Source of the DNA: Candidatus Poribacteria bacterium
Lineage (GTDB): Bacteria > Poribacteria > WGA-4E > UBA9662
Reading direction: 5' to 3'
DNA: 14,488 nucleotides
Assembly (NCBI GenBank): GCA_046582655.1
Contig: JAYGDX010000407.1
Coordinates: 1-14,488 of the forward strand
The notes beneath the pieces are model-generated. The model saw only the letters and a list, made by a program, of their open reading frames with translations, was not told where the DNA came from and made no database searches. The position numbers were made by a program, and so were the translations under genes. How positions within the stretch are numbered: the first letter of the stretch is position 1; each line of letters starts with the position of its first letter. Shown one piece after another: positions 1 through 9,108 of the stretch.

Positions 1-16
1 GTGCAAGGTGAATATA

Positions 17-784
17 ATGACTCGGAGATCAGTTATTGTGTTACTGATAATGGTTGTCTGGGTTGGGTGTGGTGGAGATGAGTTAGGAGGTGTTGCCAAA
101 GTTACGGGAACCTTACCTGCTATTGGTAGCCAAATCGATTCTGATGGTGTCTTAGTCGTTACCTTTGATGACAGTTCAAACATTGAAAAAGGAATTATCA
201 CTGTAACCGTACACGAACGGGGATCTTTGGCAAATGGTCCGTCTGTGCCGTTAGTCAATAATCAGGCGACGATAAACTATTCAGGTTTAGTGTCGGGGAA
301 AGTCACCACTTCTATTATTTCTTGGAAGAATACTGCTGGGACTGTCAGTACTGTTAATGCCAGCTTTCAGGTGGATGAAAAGAAACTTGTTGAGACTAAG
401 CCAAAGGATGGTACCGAAATGGTACTGATACCTGCTGGATCCTTTGAGATGGGTGACTCTAAAGATGAGCCTGAAGCCTGGATGAAGCGTTCACGCCCCG
501 TGCATACAGTAGAACTGGATGCTTTCTATATGGATGTTCATGAAGTAACAGTGGGAAAATTCAGGAAGTTCGTAAGGGAAACAGGTTATGAATACGATCG
601 TTGGGATTGGGTAGCTGTGTGGTCACCGACAGGTAAACACCCAATGATCTTGGTCACATGGGATGATGCGACAGCCTATGCCGAGTGGGCAGGTAAAAGG
701 CTACCCACCGAAGCTGAGTGGGAGTACGCCGCCCGTGGGCGGTTTGCCCCTCGTACTAGTGTCCTAGCATCAAGAATTAATTAG
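17..784 (+). pseudogene. Lipoprotein with formylglycine-generating enzyme (FGE/SUMF1) domain, 3'-truncated
   Basis: ATG at 17 after AAGGTG; signal peptide with lipobox VGC; motifs [59 protein letters not shown]. Homology stops at about 738; the usual YPWG and NxxGLYDMxGNVWEW C-terminal half is absent. Confidence 0.85.
735..755. repeat. Left half of a REP-like palindromic repeat (related to 3529-3567)
   Basis: GTGGGCGGTTTGCCCCTCGTA resembles GGCGGGTTACCCCCTCGTA at 3529; its GTTTGCCC is the exact reverse complement of GGGCAAAC at 3549-3556. Confidence 0.4.
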
Positions 785-1045
785 GAAGTTGAAAGATAAT
801 TCCCTCAAAAGTCGGCATTTGGAATCACTCTCGCCCCGAAAGAGTTTCCGAAAGATGTCACTAATACCAAGCGCTTCAGAATTGAGCGAAAAAGTTCGAG
901 TTCGGCGACCGGTGAAAAGGCTATTATCACCTCTGGTTGGAGATACAGTTTAAGAAACCGTTTCACTGGCAGATTCAGAACAATCTGATGCAGGTGTGCA
1001 CAGTCGTGATATAAAGAGTAACCGTAAGAAAACAATTTAACTGCT

Positions 1046-2083
1046 TTACGGTCTTGCCGCCACGGCCCCCATAGGATAAGGGCCGTTGGTCATAGGGCTC
1101 GCTCGAGCATGATCATAGACGGCATCTTGGATCTCGAGAACGCGGACGGCATCAAGGATATTGGTCTCGGGTACTCGACCTTCCTGAAGGGAGGACAACC
1201 CCTCGTTGATTATGTTACGCATGCGTTCCCCGTGTCCTAAGTCTTCTTCAAATTCTGTGCCTGAAGAGGTGTTAACTTCAATAAGGGGCTCACCTTTCTT
1301 GCCATAGAAGGCAAACACTGAAGCCTTGCTTCCGATGAAGCGAAAGAAGTGGTCACCACTGCGCCCTCCCTCAGAAGGAAAGGTATAACCAGATTCGATG
1401 ATGCCGGTAACACCGTCATCGCTACGCAACATACCCACGGCACTATCCTCTATCTCACGCCCATACATAGCATTGGACATAACAGCTCCCACCACAGTTA
1501 CTTGCTTCTCACCAACAAATTGGAGATAGGTATCGATGCCGTGGGCCCCTTCGGTCGCCCAGCTGCCACCTCCAGATATCGACGGGATGTTGTGCCAAGC
1601 GGACGGGGTCGGATCGTAGCGCATCGGTGAGCCGTTGTTGAGCCGGCTGTTGTAGAGGACCAATTTGCCTAGACTGCCATCGTCAACCATCTTCTTGACC
1701 ACGGCCACAACCTTGCTGGCACGATTGGGCAGGATCAAGGCACTGAAGACACCATACTTTTCGGAGACCTCAGCCACTGGCCTGAGACGGGTGGCACAAT
1801 CGGCGAACGGTTTATCCACCAAATAAGGGATACGCCGATCCACACAAGCCTGAATATGAGATGGTATCTCTATATGTTTTCCGGTGACGAGAGCCACGTC
1901 CGGTTTGACTGTATCTAAGCATGCACTTGCCGTATCGAATCCGGGGCAGCCGAACTCGCTCTCCAGCTGGGTGCGTACACCCTCTTTCCCATCCATAACG
2001 CCGACGATCTCATGACCGAGATCGCGCCCCGTCCGACCTATACTTCGTCCATGATGACTGTAAGAAAGAACTACTAACTTCAT
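1046..2083 (-). CDS. Gfo/Idh/MocA family oxidoreductase (345 aa)
   Basis: N-terminal Rossmann-like region, LVDKP (EKP motif variant), GGGSWATEGAHGID, EIEDSA; RBS AGGAAGG upstream; intact ORF. Confidence 0.88.
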   Translation of the reverse strand: MKLVVLSYSHHGRSIGRTGRDLGHEIVGVMDGKEGVRTQLESEFGCPGFDTASACLDTVKPDVALVTGKHIEIPSHIQACVDRRIPYLVDKPFADCATRLRPVAEVSEKYGVFSALILPNRASKVVAVVKKMVDDGSLGKLVLYNSRLNNGSPMRYDPTPSAWHNIPSISGGGSWATEGAHGIDTYLQFVGEKQVTVVGAVMSNAMYGREIEDSAVGMLRSDDGVTGIIESGYTFPSEGGRSGDHFFRFIGSKASVFAFYGKKGEPLIEVNTSSGTEFEEDLGHGERMRNIINEGLSSLQEGRVPETNILDAVRVLEIQDAVYDHARASPMTNGPYPMGAVAARP

Positions 2084-2334
2084 TAATATACCTTCCTAGA
2101 CTCAACTGTGTTTGATAGTTACTGGTATGCCGGATGTTTGGTTGAACCAGCCCGGTCTGCTTGCCAGCATCATCTCTCGGCCTGTGATCGACGACTCCTC
2201 GACAACAAACAAAAACTCCATGATGTGGCATTCACCAAACGTCGGTGGCTCGAAGCCCTGCTGGATCGCCTCGACAAATCCTTTCTATTCTTGATGCATA
2301 GGAGCTGGGAGATCACCAAACAATAATTGTTTAA

Positions 2335-3462
2335 CTATCCATTTCCTTCTTCCCGACGCCAGCGTTCGAGTGGATGGTCCCGCGACATCAACGGAGCGTA
2401 GACCCTCTCCCTACACCGGTGCGATTCCCAAGTTAAGTTGATCATCTCCATACTGGCGACTCCGCCCCGACCGCTAGCGACCGGATCACGATCCTCCTCA
2501 ATGGCGGCTATTAGATCCTTGATCATCAAGTGCTGAAGAAACAACCTCCCCCTATTTTTACGTGGCTGTCCCTCTTCATCGCTATCCTCTTCTTCTATAT
2601 GGATTTGTTCCCATCCTTGTTCGGGGAGGTGATGCTGACCGCGGTGGATAAACATTGTGGTACTAACACTCTCACGCACGGCGATGCGGCCTTCAGTGCC
2701 AATGAGATCGATGCCATAGCCTCTGTCATTCCCCTGCGCCTCGGCAAGGAAATCGGCCTCGGCGTGGACACCACCCTGGAAGCGGAAGGAGGCGAAACAA
2801 CGTTCGCCCAACACCAGACCGTCATTTTGGTCCTTGGGGTTTATCTCCTGTGCGTCTTTGATGTCATCCACGGTAGATTCTCTGCCATCGAGTTGGAGCA
2901 AGTGGGCATGCGCCCATTCAACGTCACCGGCGAAGAGTCGCATCCAGTCGTAAAGGTGAGTTCCCATCGCCATTAGGGCATTGCCCGACTTGCGTCCGCC
3001 CTTGTCGGCGGCTCTGAGACGGATGAGTTGGCCGATCTCACCTTTCTTAATGAGGTTGAGGACATGGTTGTTGTAGAGACTGACGCGCTTTATGTGGTTG
3101 ATAGCCAATTTGACCTTGTGATCGTCGCAGACTTGGACCATCTCATCTGCCTGAGCTAGGTTTCGGGCCATCGGTTTTTCGCAGAATATATGGATGCCAC
3201 GCTGGGCCGCCGCCAGAGTCGGGGCGTAGTGTAAGGGCGACTGAGTGGAGTTGATCACGATGTCGGGCTCAAGCTGGTCGAGCATCTTCTCATAGTCATC
3301 GAATACGGCATCTACACCGAAACACTCCTTCCAAGCACGAGCACGTTTGGGGTTGATCTCGGCCCCTCCGACTAGCTGACAACCGTCATCGGCTTGGACA
3401 GCAAGGGCGTGGTTGTTGCCCATACCGCCGAGTCCAATGATGGCAATGCGGTAGATCTTCAT
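2335..3462 (-). CDS. Gfo/Idh/MocA family oxidoreductase (375 aa)
   Basis: IAIIGLGGMG NAD-binding motif, FCEKPMA, MGTHLYD; RBS GAGGAGG; intact ORF. Confidence 0.93.
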   Translation of the reverse strand: MKIYRIAIIGLGGMGNNHALAVQADDGCQLVGGAEINPKRARAWKECFGVDAVFDDYEKMLDQLEPDIVINSTQSPLHYAPTLAAAQRGIHIFCEKPMARNLAQADEMVQVCDDHKVKLAINHIKRVSLYNNHVLNLIKKGEIGQLIRLRAADKGGRKSGNALMAMGTHLYDWMRLFAGDVEWAHAHLLQLDGRESTVDDIKDAQEINPKDQNDGLVLGERCFASFRFQGGVHAEADFLAEAQGNDRGYGIDLIGTEGRIAVRESVSTTMFIHRGQHHLPEQGWEQIHIEEEDSDEEGQPRKNRGRLFLQHLMIKDLIAAIEEDRDPVASGRGGVASMEMINLTWESHRCRERVYAPLMSRDHPLERWRREEGNG

Positions 3463-3528
3463 GCTACCTCCTCATAATCTTATAAATTAGATTTTTTTGT
3501 TTTCCTGAACGTTTTATCTTTCAAAGAA

Positions 3529-3567
3529 GGCGGGTTACCCCCTCGTAAGGGCAAACTAAACCCACCA
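3529..3567. repeat. Imperfect REP-like palindrome
   Basis: GGCGGGTTACCCCCTCGTAAGGGCAAACTAAACCCACC; partial copy at 735-755. Confidence 0.4.
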
Positions 3568-3571
3568 TCAC

Positions 3572-3652
3572 TTAGGATTTAAATGCCTTTGTCGCAGCAA
3601 TACGAACCGATTTATCGTGCTCCTGTAATGCTTCTATCAGTGCAGATACTGT
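3572..3652 (-). pseudogene. HEAT-repeat protein remnant
   Basis: Manual translation TVSALIEALQEHDKSVRIAATKAFKS* fits the PBS/HEAT consensus (AVPALIEALxDxDxxVRxxAAxAL); no start codon. Confidence 0.6.
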
Positions 3653-3699
3653 ACGTCGAAACGCTTAGTTGCCATACCTATAACTTGGACGATTGAGTT

Positions 3700-4960
3700 T
3701 TACTCGATGCGCATCCAACCCTCTGGCAGACTTATTGGCACACGAATATAAGCGTTTGCTCGCGCTAGACTATCTGGATTTTTCTCTAGCTGGCGAAATC
3801 CCCAACGTGTTCGCAAATGGGCGGCTTTGGCACGATCGAGCACAGGTTGTTGCAGTGTGTCCTGTTCATCAGGACAGAGATGCCTCATCAAGGGTTGTAG
3901 GTCTGTGGGCAGTGCCAAATACTCCAAATGGGACAGTGGTCGGCAGACCATATTGTATATGCCACCAGGAGCATAGTCGTCGACAGATAACCACCAGGGA
4001 CACCAGCGGTTGACCATAGCCACCCTTTCTCGTCCACTAGGATTGTGCATGGCGGATGCGTGCCAACTTCGCGAGTCTTGGATATAGACAGACCCAGCAG
4101 ATGCTGTTACTTGCATATCTCCAAGGATAGGTGCTGTACCATGATACCATCGGATGGCCCCCTAGGGTTCCGTTTGTCTTTGTGTGAGCCTGGAACAACC
4201 CATGTGCCACCCGAGTCTTCATCTACATCAGTTAGATACCAGATCATCACTAAACACATGGTTACATCAGGGAAAGGCTGGCGGATGCAGCCGACGTTTT
4301 CACCAGGATTGTCACTTCCATACGTGGACAGATCGTGGGGCCAATCTGTATGCCATTCACGGCTATCCGCACACCCTCTGTTCTCAGCCGAGACAAAATC
4401 GCCTGGGGTCCTATCTGGCTTACTGGTCGCAATGATACGTGTATGCAACTGGGCAATCCGCAGATGGTCGTCTAGGACGCGGCGTGCCACGGCGGTAACA
4501 ACTGGGTTTGCCAAGTGCTGGGCATACTGTGGCATCCACACAATGTCGTTGGGTGGCTTGGGAGGATGCCCAACTCGGCGAACAGGCCTCAACTCCACTT
4601 TGTTTGTGACTAGTAATTCTTGTTCGTTTAGCTCTTCAGAACTAACCAACTCTTTGAAGGTTTGTATATTTCGGGTAATAGTAGATTGTGCGTCTAAAAT
4701 TTCCTGGCGGATGGCATCTACTTGGTTGACAGGTATCACGTTGTCAACAACGCAGAACCCATATCTGCTGAGAGAATCAGCACACCCTCCACCATCTCCT
4801 CGACCGGACGCGTGGTTGCATTGAAGGCATAAGCCCGGGTGCGGACGAGGTCGGCAGTGACAGCTACTGGGTCATGGTTTGCTTGGGCTAGGAGTTGGCG
4901 TGTCTTTTGTAGTTCTCGCTCGAGACGATCGGCTTTGGCCTGCAGTTGGGAGATGCTCAT
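3700..4960 (-). pseudogene. Phytanoyl-CoA dioxygenase (PhyH) family Fe(II)/2OG dioxygenase with two frameshifts (about 420 aa restored)
   Basis: Three ORFs (4736-4960, 4107-4739, 3700-4116) join if one base is added at about 4785 (EG-C-ADSLSRYGFCVVDNVIP) and one at about 4137 (MV-TAPILGDMQV). HxD motif WHTDWPH, GGTWVVPGSHK, distal His in DSRSWHAS; RBS AGGAGAG upstream of 4960. Confidence 0.88.
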
Positions 4961-5020
4961 TTCAAAGGACCTCTCCTGACTGGATCAAAGTAAATTGCAT
5001 GCTAAACACTATAAAACTCA

Positions 5021-5151
5021 TCAGTTGGTTAGTCTGGGTTAACCTCTTAGTCCACATCGTAACAGAAAACCTGACTTTCGTCTATTACATTTCGCCATTG
5101 ATGTAAAAAAGCAGTAAAGAGGTTAGACTGAAAACAGATCTGATCAACTGA
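5021..5151 (+). ncRNA. Candidate structured RNA or MITE-like long inverted repeat
   Basis: 5021-5036 pairs with 5135-5151 (16 bp, 2 G-U, 1 bulge); 5040-5048 pairs with 5117-5125 (9 bp perfect); inner hairpin TTACAT/ATGTAA at 5085-5106. Confidence 0.35.
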
Positions 5152-5167
5152 GATACTGAGGAAAAGG

Positions 5168-5196
5168 GTGCCAACTAGTTGGGAATTAATTGGCAC
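5168..5196. repeat. Inverted repeat or hairpin
   Basis: GTGCCAACTAGTT-GGG-AATTAATTGGCAC; 13-bp arms with one mismatch and one G-T pair. Confidence 0.45.
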
Positions 5197-5460
5197 GGTG
5201 GTACATACACGTCGGGTAATTTCCAAGCCAGAAAGAACAGATTCCGAGACGATGTAGCATCATCAACCCCTTCCAGCAAGAAGCTAAAAGACCAAAGTCA
5301 CACAACCTATCCACGTCGGTCTGAACTAGACTTCAAACCGGAGTGGGTGATTTAATTTTCTGCGTCACAGGCTCAGACTGGCCCATCGCTTTACCCCGAT
5401 GTGGCAACCGTGTAGAATGTCTTAGCAAATTTAAAACCTAGGCGTTACAGGGCTGCTAAT

Positions 5461-5550
5461 ATGGTCGATGTACTCATTTCCTATTTGCGTAAAGATATTG
5501 AGTTTGCTCAACGCTTGTGCCATGAGTTGGGAGTCCAAGATCATGAGTCC
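5461..5550 (+). pseudogene. N-terminal remnant of a TIR-domain protein
   Basis: MVDVLISYLRKDIEFAQRLCHEL resembles the bacterial TIR_2 start (DVFISYSRKDxxFAxRLxxxL); homology is lost after about 30 aa. Confidence 0.55.
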
Positions 5551-5686
5551 GTCAATCTGTATCAAGAATCTGACCTAGGGCTATCCCCGGTTTCTCAGCG
5601 AAGGCAAACGGTCAAATCGAGGCTGTGGATTGATCGTTCTATATGCAGTTTATAAAGAGTATATGATGAAATTCAGAGGCATAATT

Positions 5687-6175
5687 ATGAAAACAACTGT
5701 CACTGCCAAATCAGTTGCCCTCATTACGCTTTTTGTCTTCGGGTGTACTCATAGCCCATCAATCACAGAATCAGAGGTCATCAAGGCAATCAATAATTTC
5801 TTTTCTGCACTGGATGTAGAAAAGTTTGATCGGAATCGAGTTGCCGACCTTGTTACCAATGACTTTCGGATATACGAAATGGAGAATGACTTTACTTTAG
5901 AACAATTCTTTGAGTATATAAATAACCAATCTCAGGGCCTTACTTCCACTAGTTGGGAACTTTCCAATTACACCGTATCAACAGATGAGCACTCAGCGCA
6001 TGTTCATTATTCGAACAAAGGTAAGTTCATGATAACGGACGATAATGGCAATGAGCAAACATTGCATATTGAATGGTTGGAAAGTGCTTATTTTGTGCAA
6101 GAAAACGGAGTCTTGAAGCTCAAGTTTTTACACTCAGATGATATAACAAGGGAAAACTCAACTGATTCTGAATAG
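5687..6175 (+). CDS. NTF2/SnoaL-like (DUF4440-type) lipoprotein (162 aa)
   Basis: ATG at 5687 after GAGG; lipobox VFGC; N-terminal helix VIKAINNFFSALD, LVTNDF, and C-terminal WLESAYFVQENGVLKLKFLHS fit the NTF2-like fold. Confidence 0.72.
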   Translation: MKTTVTAKSVALITLFVFGCTHSPSITESEVIKAINNFFSALDVEKFDRNRVADLVTNDFRIYEMENDFTLEQFFEYINNQSQGLTSTSWELSNYTVSTDEHSAHVHYSNKGKFMITDDNGNEQTLHIEWLESAYFVQENGVLKLKFLHSDDITRENSTDSE

Positions 6176-6408
6176 TTTAAGGTATTCACGTGGAATGTAG
6201 GTTGAAATGAAACCTGTTTTGTTATGAATGAATGTGCGTTCAGTTTTTATACTGGGAATATCCCCAGTGTGTCAGGATCCCCAGTCAAGCATAACAAGTG
6301 ATTGGTTACAGTCGTCTGGAAGGATGCAGATAATGTCCATCCAGCAGTGTCAACATATAATTGGATTCGTAGCGCTAAGCTAGCTAATCATTTCTTCAGG
6401 AGGCTTCG

Positions 6409-7354
6409 ATGAAGATATTAATCCATTTCTCTTTCAGCCCGGAACAAATTCAAATTTTCCAACAAATTGCTGATGCGCATAGCCAACACAAAGTGGTTCA
6501 AGCTCACAGTGAATCAGAAGCAATTGCTATGGCAGAAGATGCAGAGGTACTGTTAGGGCTATTTCCACCAGCTGTTTGTGAGGCCGCACCTGATTTGCGT
6601 TGGATTCAGTCTCACAGTGCCAGTATGGACTCCTGTTTCCTGAAATCATCAACCGAGATGTTATGGTGACTAATAGGCGGGGCTGTATGCCAGTCAGGGG
6701 GCGGAGCATGCCTGGGCCTTATTGCTTTCTCTAACTCGTGGTGTTCCCAGTACCACTGACGACAATGGTCGGAAAGTTTGGCCTATGCCGGCTCTAGAGC
6801 TAACGGGAGGAACACTTGGAATCATTGGTCTAGGTGGATTCGGTCTGGAAATAGTCAAGAGAGCTGTTGGCTACGACATGACCATACTTGCCATTGACCC
6901 GGTGCGTCAGGATAAACCTCTTGAAGTTACCGAACTCAATCGCCCAAGTCGACAAAATTTTCATAGTCTTCTCAAGCGATCGGATGCGGTAATGATCGCC
7001 TGTCCTAAAGTTCCCGAAACCTATCATCTGATTGGTGGAAAAGAGTTAGCCGTCATGAAAAACACAGCTTATCTGGTCAATGTCACCCGTGGAGGGATCG
7101 TTGACGAGCAGGCGCTTATTGTTGCTTTGAAGAGCGGACAGATCGCGGGTGCGGGCTTGGACGTTGCTGAAGTGGAACCAGTACCACCTAATAGCCCATT
7201 GTGGGAAGCTCCTAACCTGATCATCACACCACACCGGGCGGGCTCCTCTCAGCATCGACCACAAAAGACTTTTGAGTTTTTTTGTGATAATCTACGTCGT
7301 TACTTGAAAGGTGAAAAGTTAGAGAATGTGGTGAACAAAAATCTTGGGTTCTAA
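6409..7354 (+). pseudogene. D-isomer-specific 2-hydroxyacid dehydrogenase with two frameshifts
   Basis: RBS AGGAGG; LRWIQSHSA, GIIGLGGFG, VNVTRGG, GLDVAEVEP, ITPHRAG. The frame shifts at about 6631 (to LFPEIINRDVMVTN) and about 6675 (to AGLYASQGAEHAWALLL). Confidence 0.9.
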
Positions 7355-7406
7355 ATTTACGAAACGAACCTGATCTACTCAGCTCTTGGTTTTTGACCCT
7401 TTAGTT

Positions 7407-7685
7407 CTAGGTATGATTCCCTCCATTCCTTATTAATTGCTAACGTTGGAGCTTCAATCGGGAGATTTACTTTTATTCACGACTGATGGCATTACCGAAC
7501 CGCGTAATGCGGAAGGGCTGATGTATGAAGAATCAGGTCGATTTCATGAGGTACTCTCAGAGTTGTCGGACGAGTTGAGTGCGGAAGAGGCGGTGGAAAG
7601 CACCATCCAGAATGTAATTGCCTATATGGTGGATAAAGAAGAACAGGATGATGATATAACGCTGGTGGTGGTCAAGGTGACATAG
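7407..7685 (+). pseudogene. C-terminal remnant of a SpoIIE/PP2C family phosphatase
   Basis: LGMIPSIPY*LLTLELQSGDLLLFTTDGITE...QDDDITLVVVKVT; in-frame TAA at 7434-7436; N-terminal part of the domain missing. Confidence 0.85.
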
Positions 7686-7768
7686 TCATGGGTTTTTCAT
7701 CCCCAATTCCTAGCTAAAGGTTTGAAACTCGTATCTGAAACATATCAAGTACAGGGTATTACCGAAAA

Positions 7769-7867
7769 GTTCACAAAGTGAACGGATAAGTGTCGAAATG
7801 TGAATTTCGACCTACAAAATCTGGGCGTCTCTCTTCAGAGGTGCTCAGATTCATATTCTGAAGGAGG
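7769..7867 (+). promoter_or_regulatory. Three-hairpin 5' leader ending at the Shine-Dalgarno AGGAGG
   Basis: Hairpins at 7769-7783 (6 bp), 7792-7811 (8 bp, GUGA GNRA tetraloop) and 7818-7851 (15 bp, 3 G-U pairs); SD at 7862-7867. Confidence 0.45.
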
Positions 7868-7874
7868 TATAGCT

Positions 7875-8905
7875 TTGTCCAAGGAATATAAAAGTGCTGC
7901 TATTATTGGGCTTGGTGGCCAAGGTAGGTCGCATAATACCGCCTACATGGGTTTGTCAAATGTAAAAGTCATAGCCGCCTGTGAGGTAAGCGAGGAACAA
8001 CTTTCCGCTTTTATCGATGAAAATTCCGATGTACGTGGGTATACTGATGCAAAGGATTTATTCGAAAACGAGGATATTGATATTGTCAGTATTGTGACTA
8101 ATACTCCGTCACATCGAGATTTAACAGTCGCCGCAGTAAAATCTGGCGTACAAGCAGTGCTTTGTGAAAAACCGATGGCGCACAGTCCGGCAGCCGCTAG
8201 GCAGATGATAGACATCTGCGCTGAACATAATGTTCGACTGGCTATAAACCACATGCGTTGTTGGTCGCCGCGATATCATAAACTCCGCGAGATGTTGGAA
8301 GACAGTTTAATCGGTGAGATAGGAAATCTTATTTACGTCTCAGGCGGGGCATTGTTTGCCTGCATTGCCACTCATATTTTTGACCTTATGAGAATGCTAA
8401 CTGAACGAGAGATTATCTCCATTTCAGGAAGATTTGACGCATTCAGACGTCCCAACTTTCGTGGAACGCAATATCACGACCCAGGCGGACATGCCCTTGC
8501 GCTATTCGATGGTGATACGCGAGCTTTATCGATTTATCGGAAAACCTCGGTGTGCCTGGGTGGTTTGACATTCACGGTTCTCTGGGACGAGTACACATAG
8601 AAGAGGAACGTGGTATCTGGCAGGTAATGGCGCGTCAAGGAAACGACCGAGAACAACCGCCTTGGGCATCCCGCAACACATTGCAACCTGTCGATTTTTC
8701 TACTGGCGGCGAGAATTGGACTGCCGTTTTGCAAGTAGGAATAGTCGAACTCCTCGGTGGTGGCGAAATTATGTCGTCGGGTGAAGATGGCTACGCCGCG
8801 CTGGAAGCTATTGTAGCAGCACATATATCGCATGAAAACGATGGCACTCCTGTCGCATTACCACTGACTGGTGATGACCTTTCGCGCGAATTTACTTTTA
8901 CGTAA
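7875..8905 (+). pseudogene. Gfo/Idh/MocA family oxidoreductase with one frameshift
   Basis: TTG start at 7875 after AGGAGG; AAIIGLGGQG, LCEKPMA, IATHIFD. One extra T in the 8525-8527 T-run restores RAFIDLSENLGVPGWFDIHG and joins ORF 8552-8905. Confidence 0.88.
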
Positions 8906-8941
8906 TTCTTTACGTTATTGAACGATTGTTTATTTGTGATT

Positions 8942-9072
8942 TTACCAGTAGACGCCACTCGATACCCGTTCTCCAATCTGGTTTTGCCCGTCCTAGTAAG
9001 CGGAGCGATCCCTGCTGTAGTAGGTGCCGATTGGCAGGTGTCCTAAATCTAGGCGGCGGATAATTTTCCAGC
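8942..9072 (-). pseudogene. Remnant of a FlgD-Ig-like / secretion-sorting C-terminal domain
   Basis: Manual translation IRRLDLGHLPIGTYYSRDRSAY*DGQNQIGERVSSGVYW*; matches the (Y)WDGxNxxGExVxSGVY motif, with TAG in place of the Trp codon at 8993-8995. Confidence 0.8.
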
Positions 9073-9108
9073 GCAAAAGACAAGCTTCAAAAAACAGCGT
9101 AACTATCT

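Noticed and set aside
17..784. DGR target hypothesis for the FGE (C-type lectin fold) gene
   Set aside because: The C-terminal region that would hold a variable repeat is missing, and no reverse transcriptase or adenine-mismatched TR/VR pair is visible in the window.
805..1035. 76-aa minus-strand ORF
   Set aside because: TTG start, no clear RBS and no motif; it cannot be supported as a gene, though it could be an unrecognised remnant.
4045..4824. 259-aa + strand ORF and other overlapping ORFs (e.g. 1349-1630, 2530-2976, 3693-4013, 7943-8254, 9694-9948, 13782-13970)
   Set aside because: Antisense or alternative-frame shadows of well-supported genes, with no recognisable motifs.
5037..5128. 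Integron attC-like boxes (GGTTAAC...GTTAGAC; also GTTAGGT/ACCTAAC at 12023-12045)
   Set aside because: No unpaired spacer or L-box architecture, not placed after co-oriented genes, not repeated, and no integron integrase seen.
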